NCBI GenBank assembly: GCA_964016885.1
Contig: OZ024747.1
Span: forward strand, 89,156,001 to 89,220,000
DNA length: 64,000 nt
Direction: 5' to 3'
Source: Eledone cirrhosa
Taxonomy: Eukaryota
Positions 1 to 13,394 of this stretch are shown here, piece by piece. Made by a program: the position numbers and the translations under genes. Below the pieces are notes generated by a model. The model was given only the letters and a program-made list of their open reading frames with translations, did not search any database and was not told the origin of the DNA. Positions within the stretch are counted from its first letter, which is position 1; each line of letters opens with the position of its first letter.

Positions 1-175
1 GTTAGTGTACAGGGAGATGGGGATTTAGTGGTGTGTGTGGGGGCTTGATGTGTAAGGGTAGAGGTAACTGATTAGTGTATGGGGAAAGGGGACGTAGTGG
101 TGTATGGGATGTATACATATATAAAAGCACCTAGTCCAGACTGAAAAGTGGTCCTTTTGGTGTCAATAATAAAGC

Positions 176-189
176 GTATGTGTACATAC

Positions 190-228
<39 letters not shown>

Positions 229-261
229 CATACACACATATATATACATACATACATATAC

Positions 262-304
<43 letters not shown>

Positions 305-604
305 GATATACATACATATATATACATACATAGATATACATACATACATATATATACATACATACATATATATATATATATACATACACTTACATACATA
401 TATACATATCTATACACATAGACACACATATATACATATCTATATACATAGACACACACATATACATATCTATATACATAGACACACACACACATATATA
501 TATATATACATCTATATATATATCTATCTATATATATGTGTGTGTGTCTATGTATATAGATATGTATATATATATATATATATATGTATGTATGCATATA
601 TGTG
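176..604. repeat. compound (TA)/(TACA)/(CA) microsatellite
   Basis: Directly visible; explains the Y/I/M/C/V-rich ORFs at 72-597. Confidence 0.97.
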
Positions 605-610
605 TAACAT

Positions 611-931
611 TATCATCATCATCAACATTTAACAACCATTTTTCCATGCTAGCATGGGTTAGACGAGTTGTCCTGTAGTGAGACATGCCAGATCAGATGA
701 CCATATCCTGCTCATACAGAACTGTTTCTGGGTTGGTTTCTACGGCTGGATGCCCTTTCTTACGCCAACCACATTTACAGTGTGGACTGGGTGCTTTTTA
801 TCATGACACCAAAAGGTGCCACTTTTCAGTGTGGACTGGGTGCTTTTTGTCATGATACTTACATAACCACTTTAAAGTGTGGACTGGGTGCTTCATTGCC
901 ATCACACCAACATGACCATTTTACAGTGTGT
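611..931 (-). mobile_element. RTE-tailed short non-autonomous retroelement (SINE-like) with internal ~48-bp modules
   Basis: (CAT)n tail, ccatgctagcatgg hairpin, tttctacggctggatgccc block and repeated cagtgtggactgggtgctttt modules; same family as 22103-22658 and the 3' UTR of 34040-34850. Confidence 0.8.
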
Positions 932-1089
932 ATGATCATCTCTCTCATTGATCTGTGAGTGTCCAGTTACTTTAGTTTAGTAAGTTGGTGGATATCTATT
1001 TCTGATGTGACATCTAAGTTCCATCACAGACCTTCAAACATGACCACAGAAGATGCAAGTGTGTGTGTTATGAGAAAAGGTAGCTGGTA

Positions 1090-1560
1090 TTTATGTGGAT
1101 ACTTTAGTCCTCACCCATACCTTCTTCAGTTGTTGGAGATTGCTCTCCACTTCTTTCGGTCCAGGGCCATCTGCTCAAAGGTCTTTAAAGGTATGCCAAC
1201 AGTATCAAGATTACCCTTTGGATTGTCCTTATACCTGAGACATGGCTTTCTTACATTTATTTTACCACAGTGAAGCTGATTGTAAATGAGGACTTGAGAT
1301 ATTCAATTGTCACTCACTCTGATGATATGGTCAGCCCATCATATCAATGTCGCAATGCTTCCAATTTTTCACTTTGTGAAAAGAATAGCATTTAAGATCT
1401 TATCTTCAAGTGTGTAACCATAAATTGTACAAGGGCAACCCTTGTGGAACACATGCAACTGATTTATGTGTGTGTGATTTGGAGTCTAGGACTGAGATCC
1501 ATACAAAAGGGTGGTGAGCACAACAGTTTTGTATAATGTTGGTTTCCAGCTTTATGCCTC
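1090..1560 (-). mobile_element. highly degenerate LINE (RT C-terminal region) fragment
   Basis: Minus-strand remnants resembling RTE C-terminal motifs (KPTLYKTVVL..LLYGSQS, WAGH-like, GKRSQG..KG); many stops. Confidence 0.45.
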
Positions 1561-3286
1561 TCTTATTCCAGAGACGATGATGGAGTTCACCAAATGCTTT
1601 GGCAATTTGATGGACAATCTGAAGGCTATAGGAAAAGACACTTGCCCAAGGAAACCATGATTACACAGCCATGCATGTGCTTTTATCAACATTTGTGGTT
1701 TGAGAGCATAGTTTATCAATGGAAGATGACAAACTATAATATCAATCTTTCCACTTGAATACAAATCAAATAGCTAGAAATAGGAATAAAATATTTTCAC
1801 ACATAGTGAAAGAATTTCTCAGCTAAAATTGTAAAAAAACAAGAACATTAATAATGATGATGATGAAAGGAAGACATTGCCAAAAGTAAATAAATATTAG
1901 AATCATTTTGTTTTTTATTAAACAAAATGTATAAGTATAGTCAGATATTAATTCACAGACCATTTGTAGAAAATATTAAAAAGGTTAGAAAATTATTATA
2001 TTTACTTATAATTACAACATGAGAACAATTTACCGGAGAACTTTTAGCAATTATAAAAACTTAATTTTCATTTATTTTTTTTATTAATTTCATAAAAATA
2101 GTTCATAATTAAATATTAGGGAATGGCTTTATCAAAGAAATATCATTTGATATGAATATGTATCTAATAAATAGACCTTGTAATTTAGGTCAAACATAAG
2201 CTTAGCTAATCCAACATAAGAATTGGTTCTAAAAATAAAATTAAAATTCAGGAAAAAAACTCGTCAATATGATAAAATAGAAACTTTATACTTAAGAAAA
2301 CAGATTTCTCTCGTTATTACATCTATAACCTCACAGACAGAGGAATGAGAGGAAACTTATATAAATATATATTAAATTAATTTTCTAAGAAAATATTAGT
2401 GAAAAAATTACTATATAACGTATTAAAAAATGGACATCTGTTTAAAATTGTTTTTGATAGCAGCATTGAAATAAAATAAAACTATAACAATATGTAAATA
2501 CTTTTAATTATTATTATATTAATATCAATTTCTTTATTTTTTAATAATAAAAATTTGTAAAATTAATTTAATAATAAAAAGCCTATATAAAACCATATGG
2601 TGATAGGGCAATGATATTACATTTAACTTTATTGGATATGAAAATATAATAAAAATTAATGTAATTTCCACAAAATAACATCTAAGTATGTTTCAATTTA
2701 TTCCTTTAGCCATCTGTTGGTGATGCTATTTGAGAAAGTTGAGCATAAAAATCTTCATCGTGATATTACATAAAAGTAATTCTTCACCAAACAGTTCTAG
2801 AATGATCATTAAAACATTAACAACAATTTTTTTATTTAAATATCAAAATCATTAGAGACTTGAATTATATAGTTCTTCCTATAGTATTAAAGAAGTCTTT
2901 TTATGAATCAATATATTTCTTTACACAAGATAAAAAAATCTGACATAAAAAAAGCAAAGATTTTAAATTAAATTGATAGAAGGAACTACTTTAATAAAAC
3001 TCTTATTTACAAATTTCATAAATGCTGTAGTTCTTTGAATTAACAGAATCAAACAATACTCTAATCTATATAGCTTTTTCATTCAAGAATGGATATATAT
3101 ATATATATATATATCATCATCATTTTATGTCCGCTAAAAATAAACTAGTAATTATTGAGTAAATTGTTGTTTTGTGAAGAAACCCTATAGTATCCTTAAC
3201 TACAAAAGGCAAACATAAAAGGGGTCACATTTTCATTTTTTTTTTTATTGAAATATATTGCCTTGTGTTTTTCAGTTAGAATTTAA

Positions 3287-3488
3287 CCCTTTAGCATTTA
3301 AACTGACCATATTCAGCCAGAATTCTCACACCTCCTTCTGTTCAAACCGGCCATAACTAGCTGCTCATACCAATGTTATGGTATTGTTCACAAAATAAAT
3401 AACATCTCATAGATTTGATATTATGTGAGGTAAAGCCTTTACTGTGAAAATACAATAGTTAATATAGAGTAATGTAAATGCTAAAGGG
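3287..3488. mobile_element. ~200-bp MITE, piggyBac-type (TTAA TSD)
   Basis: TTAA|CCCTTTAGCATTT...AAATGCTAAAGGG|TTAA; multiple copies in the window. Confidence 0.85.
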
Positions 3489-3544
3489 TTAAAAGAATTT
3501 AATGAAATATCTTTTTTCTTAAATTATTAAGTTAGTGTGTATAT

Positions 3545-3830
3545 ATGCCAGAAAAAGGTGCTACTGATGCCATCTTCCAAGTAAGACAATTGCAGAAGTA
3601 CTTAGCTAGAAGACATTGAGGTGTGTGTTTGCTAAGGAAACTAAGGGTAGATGAACAGATAGTAAAGACTGTACAAGTCATGCACAGAGTCACAGTTACC
3701 AATGAGCTCAGTGATAAAAGGGCCCATTGAGCTCAGTTCTTAAAGTTCAACCTGTGGATTTGGAGAAGAAATTCCGAACATGGGAGCAGAACTTTGAATT
3801 TAGATGACTCTAAGACAAAAGCTGTCCTTC
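3545..3830 (+). mobile_element. degenerate RTE LINE RT fragment
   Basis: Translates to MPEKGATDAIFQVRQLQKYLAR, LRKLRVDE, DLEKKFRTWEQN..SKTK; RTE-type RT motifs with deletions. Confidence 0.7.
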
Positions 3831-4405
3831 TGGCAGTGGTACATTTTGAGGATTTAGACATGTCATTGAAATAGTGTTCATGTCTCAGACAAATAGAGCA
3901 AGATCGTAAAGATGCAGGCATCATAGATTCAAAGCTTGGCAGAAGTTTCAAAATCCCGTCTGACCACACTCATTTTTTTGCATGTTCTAAATACAATTGA
4001 AGCCTTATCAACTTACACACACAAACAGTATGGTAAGTCTGACTCTCTGAACAAGTAAAGTTGGTTCTACATACAATTCCCCTGGAGCAGGTGTAAACAT
4101 TGCCTTAATTGATTTCAATCGCAGTTTTGAATTTAGAGCTAAGAAGCATGAAGTAGATCTAAAAAGCATTATTTTTAGTGCAGTGCTCTAATGTCATTGT
4201 AAGAAAAAACTAATTTTATTGCTACAGAAATATTTTAAAGATATTTAGACTGTATTTAAATAAATCAGAAAAAGAGAAACAGTTCATTATCATTACTTAG
4301 TAAGAGAAAGAAACAAAAAATAAATAGCAAAAAAAAAAGTGAAGTTGAAATTCAAAAGCTATTTATCCAGGGCTTTATACAACACAGAAAGGAAATTTCA
4401 TTCAA

Positions 4406-4613
4406 CCCTTTAGCATTTATACTGGCCGTATCTGGCCATAATTCTCTCACCATTTTCTATTCAAACCAGCTGTAACTGGCCACTCATACTGATGTTAAGG
4501 TATTGTTCTCAAAATAAATATCAAAATCTCATAGATTCGATATTATGTGAGGTAAAGCCTTTACCATGAAAATATAATAGTAAATATAGAGTGATGTAAA
4601 TGCTAATGGAGTA
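4406..4613. mobile_element. TTAA-type MITE copy
   Basis: Aligns by eye along its length with 3287-3488. Confidence 0.8.
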
Positions 4614-5104
4614 ACCCTTTCATTACAATATTTATAATGAAAGATATGGTCTCTGATTTCAAATAACTTAAAAAATATCCAACAATTTGGCAAAAGTTCT
4701 TACATAAAATCACAATAGCTTTTCAGATAAATATAAAAACTCTAAAACAAACAGCTAGGAGCAGCTTCAGACGATTTGGATTCAAAATTTTTAATGGGAA
4801 TTTTAGTAGAAAAACAAAATAGCTGACTAGTTGTCCAAACAACAATATCAAGCGATAAGGTTAAGAGCCATGTTAGTTTTTATTGTTAATGAATAAAGAA
4901 TAGATGAGAAATATTCAGACATAAATTAAGAATATGTTCAGGTTTTTAGTCATAATTTAAATTAGTAGTTTGGTAACTTTTAAAAAGAAAAAAAAAAGGA
5001 AATCTGTATATAAAATAAACTCATACTGTAATCATAGAACAAAAATAAATTTTTCCTAGGACACACAGACATCATCATTATCATCGTTATTAACATTATC
5101 ATCA

Positions 5105-5305
5105 TTGGCAGTATTGGTAGCGCATCGGACACCATGCTTAGTGGCATAGAGTTACAGCCCTTTATATTCTGAGTTCCAATCCTGCCGCGGTTAATTTTGC
5201 CTTTCATTCTTACAGGATCGTAAAAATAAAGAACCAGTAATGCACTGGGGTCAATTTAATTGACTTCCCTTCTCCCCAAATTGTGCCTAAATCAGAAACC
5301 ATTAT
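5105..5305 (+). mobile_element. tRNA-derived SINE (family A)
   Basis: A-box TGGCAGTATTGG, B-box-like GAGTTCCAATCC, core ttgcctttcat..tcg.taaaataaag.accag, tail ending gaaaccattat. Confidence 0.85.
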
Positions 5306-6915
5306 CATTACCATGATTTTAGGGTCCCGTTTTTTAAAGTGGGCCTCATAGCATTCCACCATTTGTCATCATACAACACACACACACACACAGCAACAGA
5401 AAATCCTGCCAATACATGTTATATATATGCACACTCAGGGCATTGTTTACATAACATGTATTGGCAGGATTTTCTGTTGCTACATATATATATATATGTG
5501 TGTGTATGTGCATGTACTGAGGCAGACATGACATCACAATCACAAGATTGTGGGCTCAATGCAAATGCAACCCTGTGACTATACACATGTGTGTGTGTAT
5601 GTGTATTTACATATATATATATAAACATTTACATACATACACACACACACATATATATGTGTGTGTAAAATGTTTATATATATATATATATATAGAGGCA
5701 TATATATATATATGTGTGTGTGTGTTGTTGTGTTATTTACTATCTAATACTGTGTTATTAGATACACAGAATTGTAGAATGGATAAGAAAATTTTACACA
5801 TTGACACAATAAGTAAATTATTCAAGGATTAATTGGCAAGGCTATATAATGTGCATGAATGCATCATATATCATTCAACTCACTGCACACTTATAGTCAT
5901 GCGCTTTCTTCAGCTACCTTCATCTTTAAAAATATACAGACAAACATGCACATGCACACAGTAAAAAAAAAGAAGAAAAAAAGAAAACAAACTTCCCACT
6001 GATTTGCACAAATGTTAAGAAATGCAACAAAACTGCAGTGCAACCAATTGCAGCACAATCTGCCACTGACTACAAAACTCCACCCACTTAACTGACATAT
6101 TAAAGAATTGACATTTTCTATCAAGCTGCAGCCTTTTAGACTGACTCTAAATCCATAACTTACTGCCCACTTCTAGATATAAGAAAAACAACAACAAACC
6201 AACAATTAATCATGTGAAAACTTAGTATAAAAGAACCACACAATGTTATTATCATTGGAAATAGCAGCTAAACAGAGAGCTTCCCACTCCACCCAAAACA
6301 ATAATCATACAAAACAAAAAGAAAACATGACTAGAAAATTAAATAATGTCAGTATTTATATCAACATGGACTGCAAATGATGCATCTTTCCATCAGCATT
6401 GTATTTTCCTCAAAGTTAAGTATCATGAAGATAAAACTGTGTATTTGGTTACAGAGAAACACAATATATGTTGAATCAGCAGTTTAATAATTAATGATGG
6501 TGTAGCTGAAACACCAATAAAACTTTCACATAACAACATAAAATAACAAATGAATTAAGTTTCATGATGTTGCTGCTTTCAGCTATTCTACAAACAAAAT
6601 CAGGAAGATTACATGCTTAAAAGAAATCATTTTAACAAAACTGATATTTCAAAGCCTTTCTTTTACATATACTTAGACTGCTGTCAGCAGTATTTTCTTA
6701 CAGAAATTTCAAAATAAACAAATGTGGCGAAAAAAAAAAAATAAATAAAAAATAAAATAAAATATTTAATAAATAAATGCAAGAATACACACACCGTCTC
6801 CCCCGCCCTCTCTCTCATATATATATATATATAACATCATCACCATCCAACGTCTATTTTTTATGCTTCCATGGGTTATGTATATATTCACGCTCACAAT
6901 AATTTCTATACTTTC

Positions 6916-6962
<47 letters not shown>

Positions 6963-6977
6963 TGTATATATATTTAC

Positions 6978-7011
<34 letters not shown>

Positions 7012-7439
7012 ATAAAAAGATGCATACAAACTTATATGTAAAAAACATTGTTGTCAACTAAGAACTAAGAACTCAGGATATAAATGGAAACAAGAAAAAA
7101 TAAATTACATGCGTTAGGATGTAATTGAGACATTTTACGCCGTATTTTTGTAAATCCATAAGGCAGAATTTAAAAAAAAATACAACAAGAATATATATAT
7201 CATAATTTAACAATCGTTTTTCCCTGCTACCAGGGCTATGCATATAAATCTGGAAGTGTGTGTGGGTGTACTTATACATATATAAACCCGCACACACACA
7301 CACACATATATGTATAAACACATAAATATGAATACTAAGGTGAACATGCTATCTTAAAGATAATTTATTTCGTATAGATATTAGGTTTTTGAACATGGTG
7401 AGATGTATTTTATATACATATATACGTATATATATATAT

Positions 7440-7605
7440 ATAAAATAATACTGAAACAAAGTCATCGGATAGGACCGAAAAATCTTTGATCGTTTTCCTA
7501 CTCAGCCAATATCATTAAGATACTAACTCAAAGAAAAACAGAGGGAACACTTAATACGTTAATTAGTGAGAAAAGTGATATTTTGTTGTGTGGGTAGAGA
7601 ATATA
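7440..7605 (-). mobile_element. short (TA)n-flanked insert with weak Penelope-type tail motif
   Basis: Unique ~165 bp between (TA)n tracts; minus-strand TATTAAGTGTTC at 7556-7545 resembles the shared tail motif. Confidence 0.35.
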
Positions 7606-7719
7606 CATATATATATATATAACCCATGCTAGCGTTAGATAATGATAATATATATATATATATCATCATCATTATCTAACGCTAGCATGGGTTATATATA
7701 TATACACACACATAGCTAA

Positions 7720-8290
7720 ATCCATAAAAGAACAAGAGAATAAGTTCCAACTATGGAAACAATTTGGAATCAAAAGGGCTGAAAGTAAACTTAGTCAAAA
7801 CTAAAGTGCTAACAAGTAGGAAAGAAGATAGGATCCTGATTTCTTCAGGGAAGTGGCCCTGTTTGATACGTAGAAAAGGAGTAGGCATAAACTCCATATG
7901 ATGTACACAATGTAAATCTTGGATACACGAGAGATGCAGTGGGCGAACAGGTAGACTAAGAAGAAGGGAAGACATTGTTTGTAGAAGATGCACAGGAGTA
8001 ATCGATGGGAATAGTGTCAAAGATCCATATAAGCGATGGTAACTTCTGCTATCTAGTGGATGTAATTAACAGTGGAGGAAGGTGCTCCAAGAGCATAATA
8101 GCTAGAATAAGGATAGGATAGAAGAAGTTTAGAGAGCTACTTACATTGTTGACAAAAAGGTTTCTCCCTACATACAAAAAGAAATATGTATGACACCTGT
8201 GTGCAAAGTGCAATGCTGTATGGTAGTAAAATATGGGCAGTAGTAGCAGGGGAAAGTAAAGGCTGGAGAGAAATGAAGCAACCATGTGGC
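7720..8290 (+). mobile_element. degenerate RTE LINE fragment (RT thumb / Cys-rich region)
   Basis: WKQFGIK..LKVNLVKTKVL, SGKWPC, CTQCKSWIHERCSG, SIIARIRIG.KKFRELL; homologous to the ORF at 42290. Confidence 0.85.
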
Positions 8291-8839
8291 CTGTTTATAT
8301 TTTACCATAATAGCAACTACCATCATTTATATGACCCCCTTTGATCTATAGATTAACTATTTCTCAGCCAATGACATATCTCATTTATATAAAACCAAAA
8401 ATTGCTGGAAGCCCAAAGATCAACTTATCAATTCATCCTCTTCTTGTAATCGATACTAGTATCACTTGAAATTCTAAATATTGTATTTATTCTCTGAAGA
8501 TTCATTGAGTAACAATGTATTGCGAGGGAGTGATTGGAAAAATGAATACCTCTAAACAGCTCTTGTAGACCGTGATGTAACTCAATGATGAAACACGTGT
8601 TAAAATCTATAATTAAATAAGTTTTTCTAATCATGGCACGTCCGTTTTTCCTAGCATATTGATTTATATGTACTCTCAGAATTATTGGAACCTGTAACAT
8701 ACCCATGGATTAACGCCTGGAATATTATATCGCAGGACTCAATTATACACATTGAGAAAACAATATAGTAAGCTGCTTCTTCATTAACAGTTGCATAATC
8801 TCTCCACAAGTTTGAATTCTACCACTGAAAAGTGAAAAC

Positions 8840-8877
<38 letters not shown>

Positions 8878-8879
<2 letters not shown>

Positions 8880-9410
8880 CATCATCATCAACGTTTAACG
8901 TCCGTGTTCCACGCTTGCATGGGTTTGGACGGGGGTAGTCCCACTTGAGGCAAGAGTGATTGTCTTGCTCGCATAGGACTATCTGGCAGGTTTTCTACAG
9001 TTGGATGCCCTTCCTAACACCAACCACATTTACAGTGTGGGTCTGGGAGGTTTTTACCGTGTTGCCTACACGGCCACATTACAGCGTGGACTGTGTGTTT
9101 TTTTGTCGTGACACCTACACGATCTCATTTGTTTCGGCCTGGATGGCGCGGCACCAACATAACTTTACATAGAACGGGGTGGTGTGGATGGGGTGGGGGT
9201 GGTGGTGGTGGGACGGGGTGTATTTTGTTAGAGATGCCTACTGGCTGTAGTAGGTTTTACTATGTATTTAGGTAAGGCGGGTCTTCTCTGTTACTGAGTA
9301 CCGCCAAAGGTCTCGGTCCAGTGACATTGTCTTGGAGAGGTGTGTGTGAGGTCGGAGTTTATCAGCTCGTCCCAGGTTTTTCTAGGTCTGCCTATTCCGT
9401 GGCTACCGTC
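8878..9410 (-). mobile_element. RTE LINE 3' end with long 3' UTR
   Basis: (CAT)n tail; minus strand encodes DGSHGIGRPRKTWDELINSDL; near-identical to 17765-18290. Confidence 0.88.
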
Positions 9411-9437
9411 TATATATATATATATAATATATATATA

Positions 9438-9560
9438 ATTAGAGCATTGGCCTTGCAATCGAAAGGTTGTGAGTTCAATTCTCAGACCGGGTGGTGTGTT
9501 GTTTCCTTGAGCAAGACACTTTATTTCAAATTGCTCCAGTTTACTCAGCTGTAGAAATGA
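9438..9560 (+). mobile_element. tRNA-derived SINE (family B)
   Basis: B-box gtgagttcaattc followed by core tccttgagcaagacactttattt..ccagtttactcagctgtagaaatgag; second copy at 30617-30810. Confidence 0.75.
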
Positions 9561-9587
9561 GATGATAGGGACTGAGGTCCTTATCAT

Positions 9588-9758
9588 TCCACTGCAAAGT
9601 GGTCGTGTAGGTGCCACGGCAAAAAAGCACCCAGCACTCACTGTAAATGAGGTTGGTGTTAGGAAGGGCATCCAGCTGTAGAAATCAAGCCAGAATCAGT
9701 TCCCGTCCCACCCTTGCAAGCAGGGAAAAGCAGACGTAAAATGAAATGATGATGATGA
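9588..9758 (+). mobile_element. RTE-tailed SINE-like element
   Basis: 48-bp module, gttaggaagggcatccagctgtagaaa block, cccttgcaagcaggg hairpin and (TGA)n tail matching the RTE 3' end at 43140-43195. Confidence 0.8.
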
Positions 9759-10199
9759 TATACATCCATATATACATCCATACACACATATATATACATA
9801 CATATATATATATATATATAATGTGTTGTATGTATAGTGTATCGTGTAGTTTTCTTTGCAGTACGTGCAGTTTGAGGTAAGGTAAGAAGAGTAAGGTAAA
9901 GGGAGCTGAGAAGGAGAAGCTAGAATATAATAAAATACAATAAACAAGATAAAACTTGTTTAAACATAATATATATTTTGTGTTGTATTGTTAATTTATG
10001 TAAAGGTATAGGTGTAGAAAGATGAGTGTTAGGATTAGGATTAGTGTTAGTATAGTTACTGTGAACAGTCCCATGCTGTTTAGTATTTTTCACTTGATAA
10101 TCATTGCATTCAGATTATAATCTTTTATCAGACTATATTATTCTATATTATTCCTTGCTACTAGTCAAAGGACCAAAATTTCCAACAGCCCCGGAACAC

Positions 10200-12000
10200 T
10201 AAATCAACACCCCCATCTCTAGAATGGCCTACTCAACAGAGGTGACAAGACAGAATAGGATCACAACAGAAAACACAAGCCCTGCCCCTACGAAGGGGAT
10301 TTCCGCAAACCACCGGCAACAGATAATCCATACGAAAATTGAATAAATAGACTATGTCAGGTAATCCTAACGATCATGAAAAGAGTACACTGTCAACAAC
10401 CATCATACAACCTGAGAGACAGAAAAGACAGTCCTCAGCTCACTTAAGAATAGAAACTGAGTCTACCTGCTATCAGATAAAAGAGAGTTCTGTGTAGTAG
10501 ACAACAACATATCCCAAGAAGCTGTCCTAACACACCTCCCACAAAGCAGTATATACACACTAAACAACACCACTAGGAACAGAATAGAAAAACATACATA
10601 TACAAAAGCTTCCATGCATACCAATCCCTCATGCCACAGTTCTGCTGCCTTATCAAGACTCACAAGGATACCAGAGACCTTACCCATCTAAAAGTACACC
10701 CGATTATCACCAGCACTAGATCCTCTCTCTCGAAAATAGAATGGTTCTTAGCATGGCAACTAAAACCACTAAACGCAAACATACCAGCACACCTTGAAAA
10801 TAGCCTACAACTTATAGAACTCCTTTACAAAATTCCCAATAATAAAATAAAAAATAACAAATACGCATTCAACCATGATGTATGTACCATGTACACCAGC
10901 ATATGACCAGCTGAGGCCATATGCTCAGTTCAACAGCACCTAGAGGAAGGCCAAAGACTTGTGGCAGACTTTCCATTAGCAGGCCTTATCTTGCTCCTGG
11001 AATTCTCTACCAACAACACATTTTTCAGGTATAAAAACACCACCCGCAGGCAAGCCAATGGCCTTCTGATGGGAAGCTGACGCAGCAGAACTCTGGCAAC
11101 CCTAACAATAGATCGCCTGGAAAGAAGAGCACTAAACTTCAGACGACACATTACATTGTACCAGAGATACGTAGATGACCCTCTAGGGCTAACCCATTCC
11201 AAGGATGAGGCGGGGGAAATATATAAAATATTAAATGAAATACACAATACCATCAAATTCAACATAGAACACCCAACAACGGATGGTTCCCTAAGTCTGC
11301 TCGGCTTTACCCTATCCCTAGTTCCAGGAAAGTCCAACATCAGCTTCTATGAGAAAGAAGCCAAGAGGGATGTCTTCCTCCAGCCAGATTCAGCATATCC
11401 ACAAAGCCTAAAACATCACATGGCTAGGAATGAACTTATATGCAGCACAGACAGATGTGATGAAGCCATCCAAGCAAGATCTCTGCTAAACAACATCCAG
11501 AAACTGCTGTTAAAGAGAGGTTATGAACAACACTTTGTAAGAATCATTGTCAAGAGTATAAAAGAACACAAACACAGTCAGACACCACACGCCAACACAA
11601 ACCACCACCCTTAGTCTTAGTAGCAACCACAACCGCTCGCAGACCAACAACAACACCATTAAGAAGAAATTAAAGAACTGAGAGGACAAAAATAAAACCT
11701 GGATCTACATTGATCTGCCATACCAAGGAGAACAGACAGAAAATCGTCTGAGAAACTGTACTAGAAGATCAGGCTTCCCAGTGTAACAATGCGTAGAAGG
11801 ATATTGAGACAACAGCTCACACAGAGCATTGAAGACCCTTGGTGCCTCCAGAGATGCCCTGTCAAGGAATACACAACCACAGGAATTAACAACAATACAA
11901 AATCAATATGCCTGAGAGACCATGTAGTGTATAAGCTAAACTGCATGATATCTAGCAATGCCAGGGAAATGTGCATACCAAGAAGTATGTAGACTACATG
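10200..12000 (+). mobile_element. decayed Penelope-like retroelement (RT + GIY-YIG endonuclease pseudogene)
   Basis: Motifs in order: LSDKREFCVVD, PQFCCLIKTHK, PIITS, DVCTMYTSI (RT motif A), QANGLLMGS (B), YQRYVDD (C; YVDD at 11168-11179), IKFNIEHP..LSLLG, then VVYKLNC (GIY half of GIY-YIG). Stops and frameshifts present. Confidence 0.9.
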
Positions 12001-12197
12001 GACTTATGTATGAATTTGTGAATAAAAATGGACCTCAGTTGTGGATGGCCAGAAGTATGCCAATCACAGCCTGATAGAAAGCATTGAAAATGACAGAAGA
12101 GTCTTCCTCATTGATGCAACTGGTGGCACAACAAATACTTTACAAACTTCCTGCTTGTAAGCATTCACAAAAGGCAGCATAAAGGTAATATGTAGAT

Positions 12198-12530
12198 TCC
12201 CAAGTGCATTAAGGGTAACCACAGTTAAAAAAGGTATTCAATACATTGGTAGAGTATAGGCATCATTATTATATATATATCGGTGGATTGGCAGTATCGG
12301 TAGAGAGTCGGACACCATGCTTTGAAGCATAGAGTTACGTCCCTTTATGATCTGAGTTCAAATCCCGCCGAGGTTAACTTTGCCTTTCATCCTTACGGGG
12401 TCGATAAAATAAAGTACCAGTAATGCACTGGGTAATTGCTGGCCTTGTGCCAAAAAGTAGAAACAATTATTATATATAGAGAAATAACTTCTACAAGACT
12501 AGAACTGTTTCATTCATATGAAATCATCAG
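12198..12530 (-). mobile_element. Penelope-type tail + hammerhead-core element, interrupted by a SINE
   Basis: 12198-12270 plus 12475-12530 match 47997-48125; minus-strand CTGATGA (12530-12524)...GAAA CAGTTCTAGTC; abuts (TA)n. Confidence 0.75.
12281..12470 (+). mobile_element. tRNA-derived SINE (family A), full length
   Basis: ggtggatTGGCAGTATCGG A-box, GAGTTCAAATCC B-box, conserved core, (TTA) tail. Confidence 0.92.
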
Positions 12531-12561
<31 letters not shown>

Positions 12562-12804
12562 CACACAGCTATATAATTATCATCATCAGTTAATGTCTGC
12601 TTTCCCTGCTAGCAAGGTTTGGCTGGGTCTACATAGACCAAGTCTGTACTGAAGTGGAGTTACTGACCTCCCAGACAGGCTGAGAGGTCAGCATTCTGTT
12701 TACATACAGTCATAAATTCTACGGAGTTCAGAGGAGTTGTGTCTTTTGACACAAACTGAAGGGTCCTCCCAACCCCTTGTTTAGTAAGATTTCTACCAAT
12801 GGAT

Positions 12805-13180
12805 GGTGTGAGCCAGACATCCATACTACATGTGTGGGAAAGAGGTGTGAGCCAGACATACATACTACATGTGTGAGAGAGATGTAAGCCAGACATACAT
12901 ACTACATGTGTGGGAGAGATGTAAGCCAGACATACACACCACATGTATGTGAGGGAGGTGTTATCTAAAAATATACACTATATGTCTGAGAGAGAGGTGT
13001 GGGCCAGACATACACACCACATGTATGTGAGGGAGGTGTTATCTAAAAATATACACTATATGTCTGAGAGAGAGGTGTGGGCCAGACATACACACCACAT
13101 GTATGTGAGGGAGGTGTTATCTAAAAATATACACTATATGTCTGAGAGAGAGGTGTGGGCCAGACATACACACTACATGT
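12805..13180. repeat. minisatellite: 37-39 bp monomers becoming a 78-bp dimer repeated ~3 times
   Basis: Repeated gtgagccagacatacatactacatgt; ORF 12943 repeats a 26-aa (78-nt) unit three times. Confidence 0.9.
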
Positions 13181-13394
13181 CCGAACCATCTCAATTATTG
13201 CATGTTTAATATAGATTCAAGGGAGTACAGCTGGAGGATTTCACATATGCATATATATATACACATGGGCATTTATATGTATACATACACTCGTATGCAA
13301 ATATATATCCAACCCTTGCTAGCAGAGAAAATGTTGATGTGTGTATGTATATATGTATACATACACACACACACACACATATATATATATAGAT

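Noticed and set aside
72-597. Y/I/M/C/V-rich ORFs here and at 42063-43745, 50957-51583 and 56840-57273
   Set aside because: Translations of microsatellites or antisense frames of LINE fragments.
1850-3080. Mitochondrial insertion (NUMT)
   Set aside because: Very AT-rich, and ctaatccaacat (~2206) recalls 16S rRNA, but the adjacent conserved bases are absent and no mitochondrial gene motifs are recognisable.
12281-12470. tRNA genes at A/B-box sites
   Set aside because: The boxes are followed by the SINE core and tail, with no cloverleaf or acceptor stem; these are tRNA-derived SINE heads.
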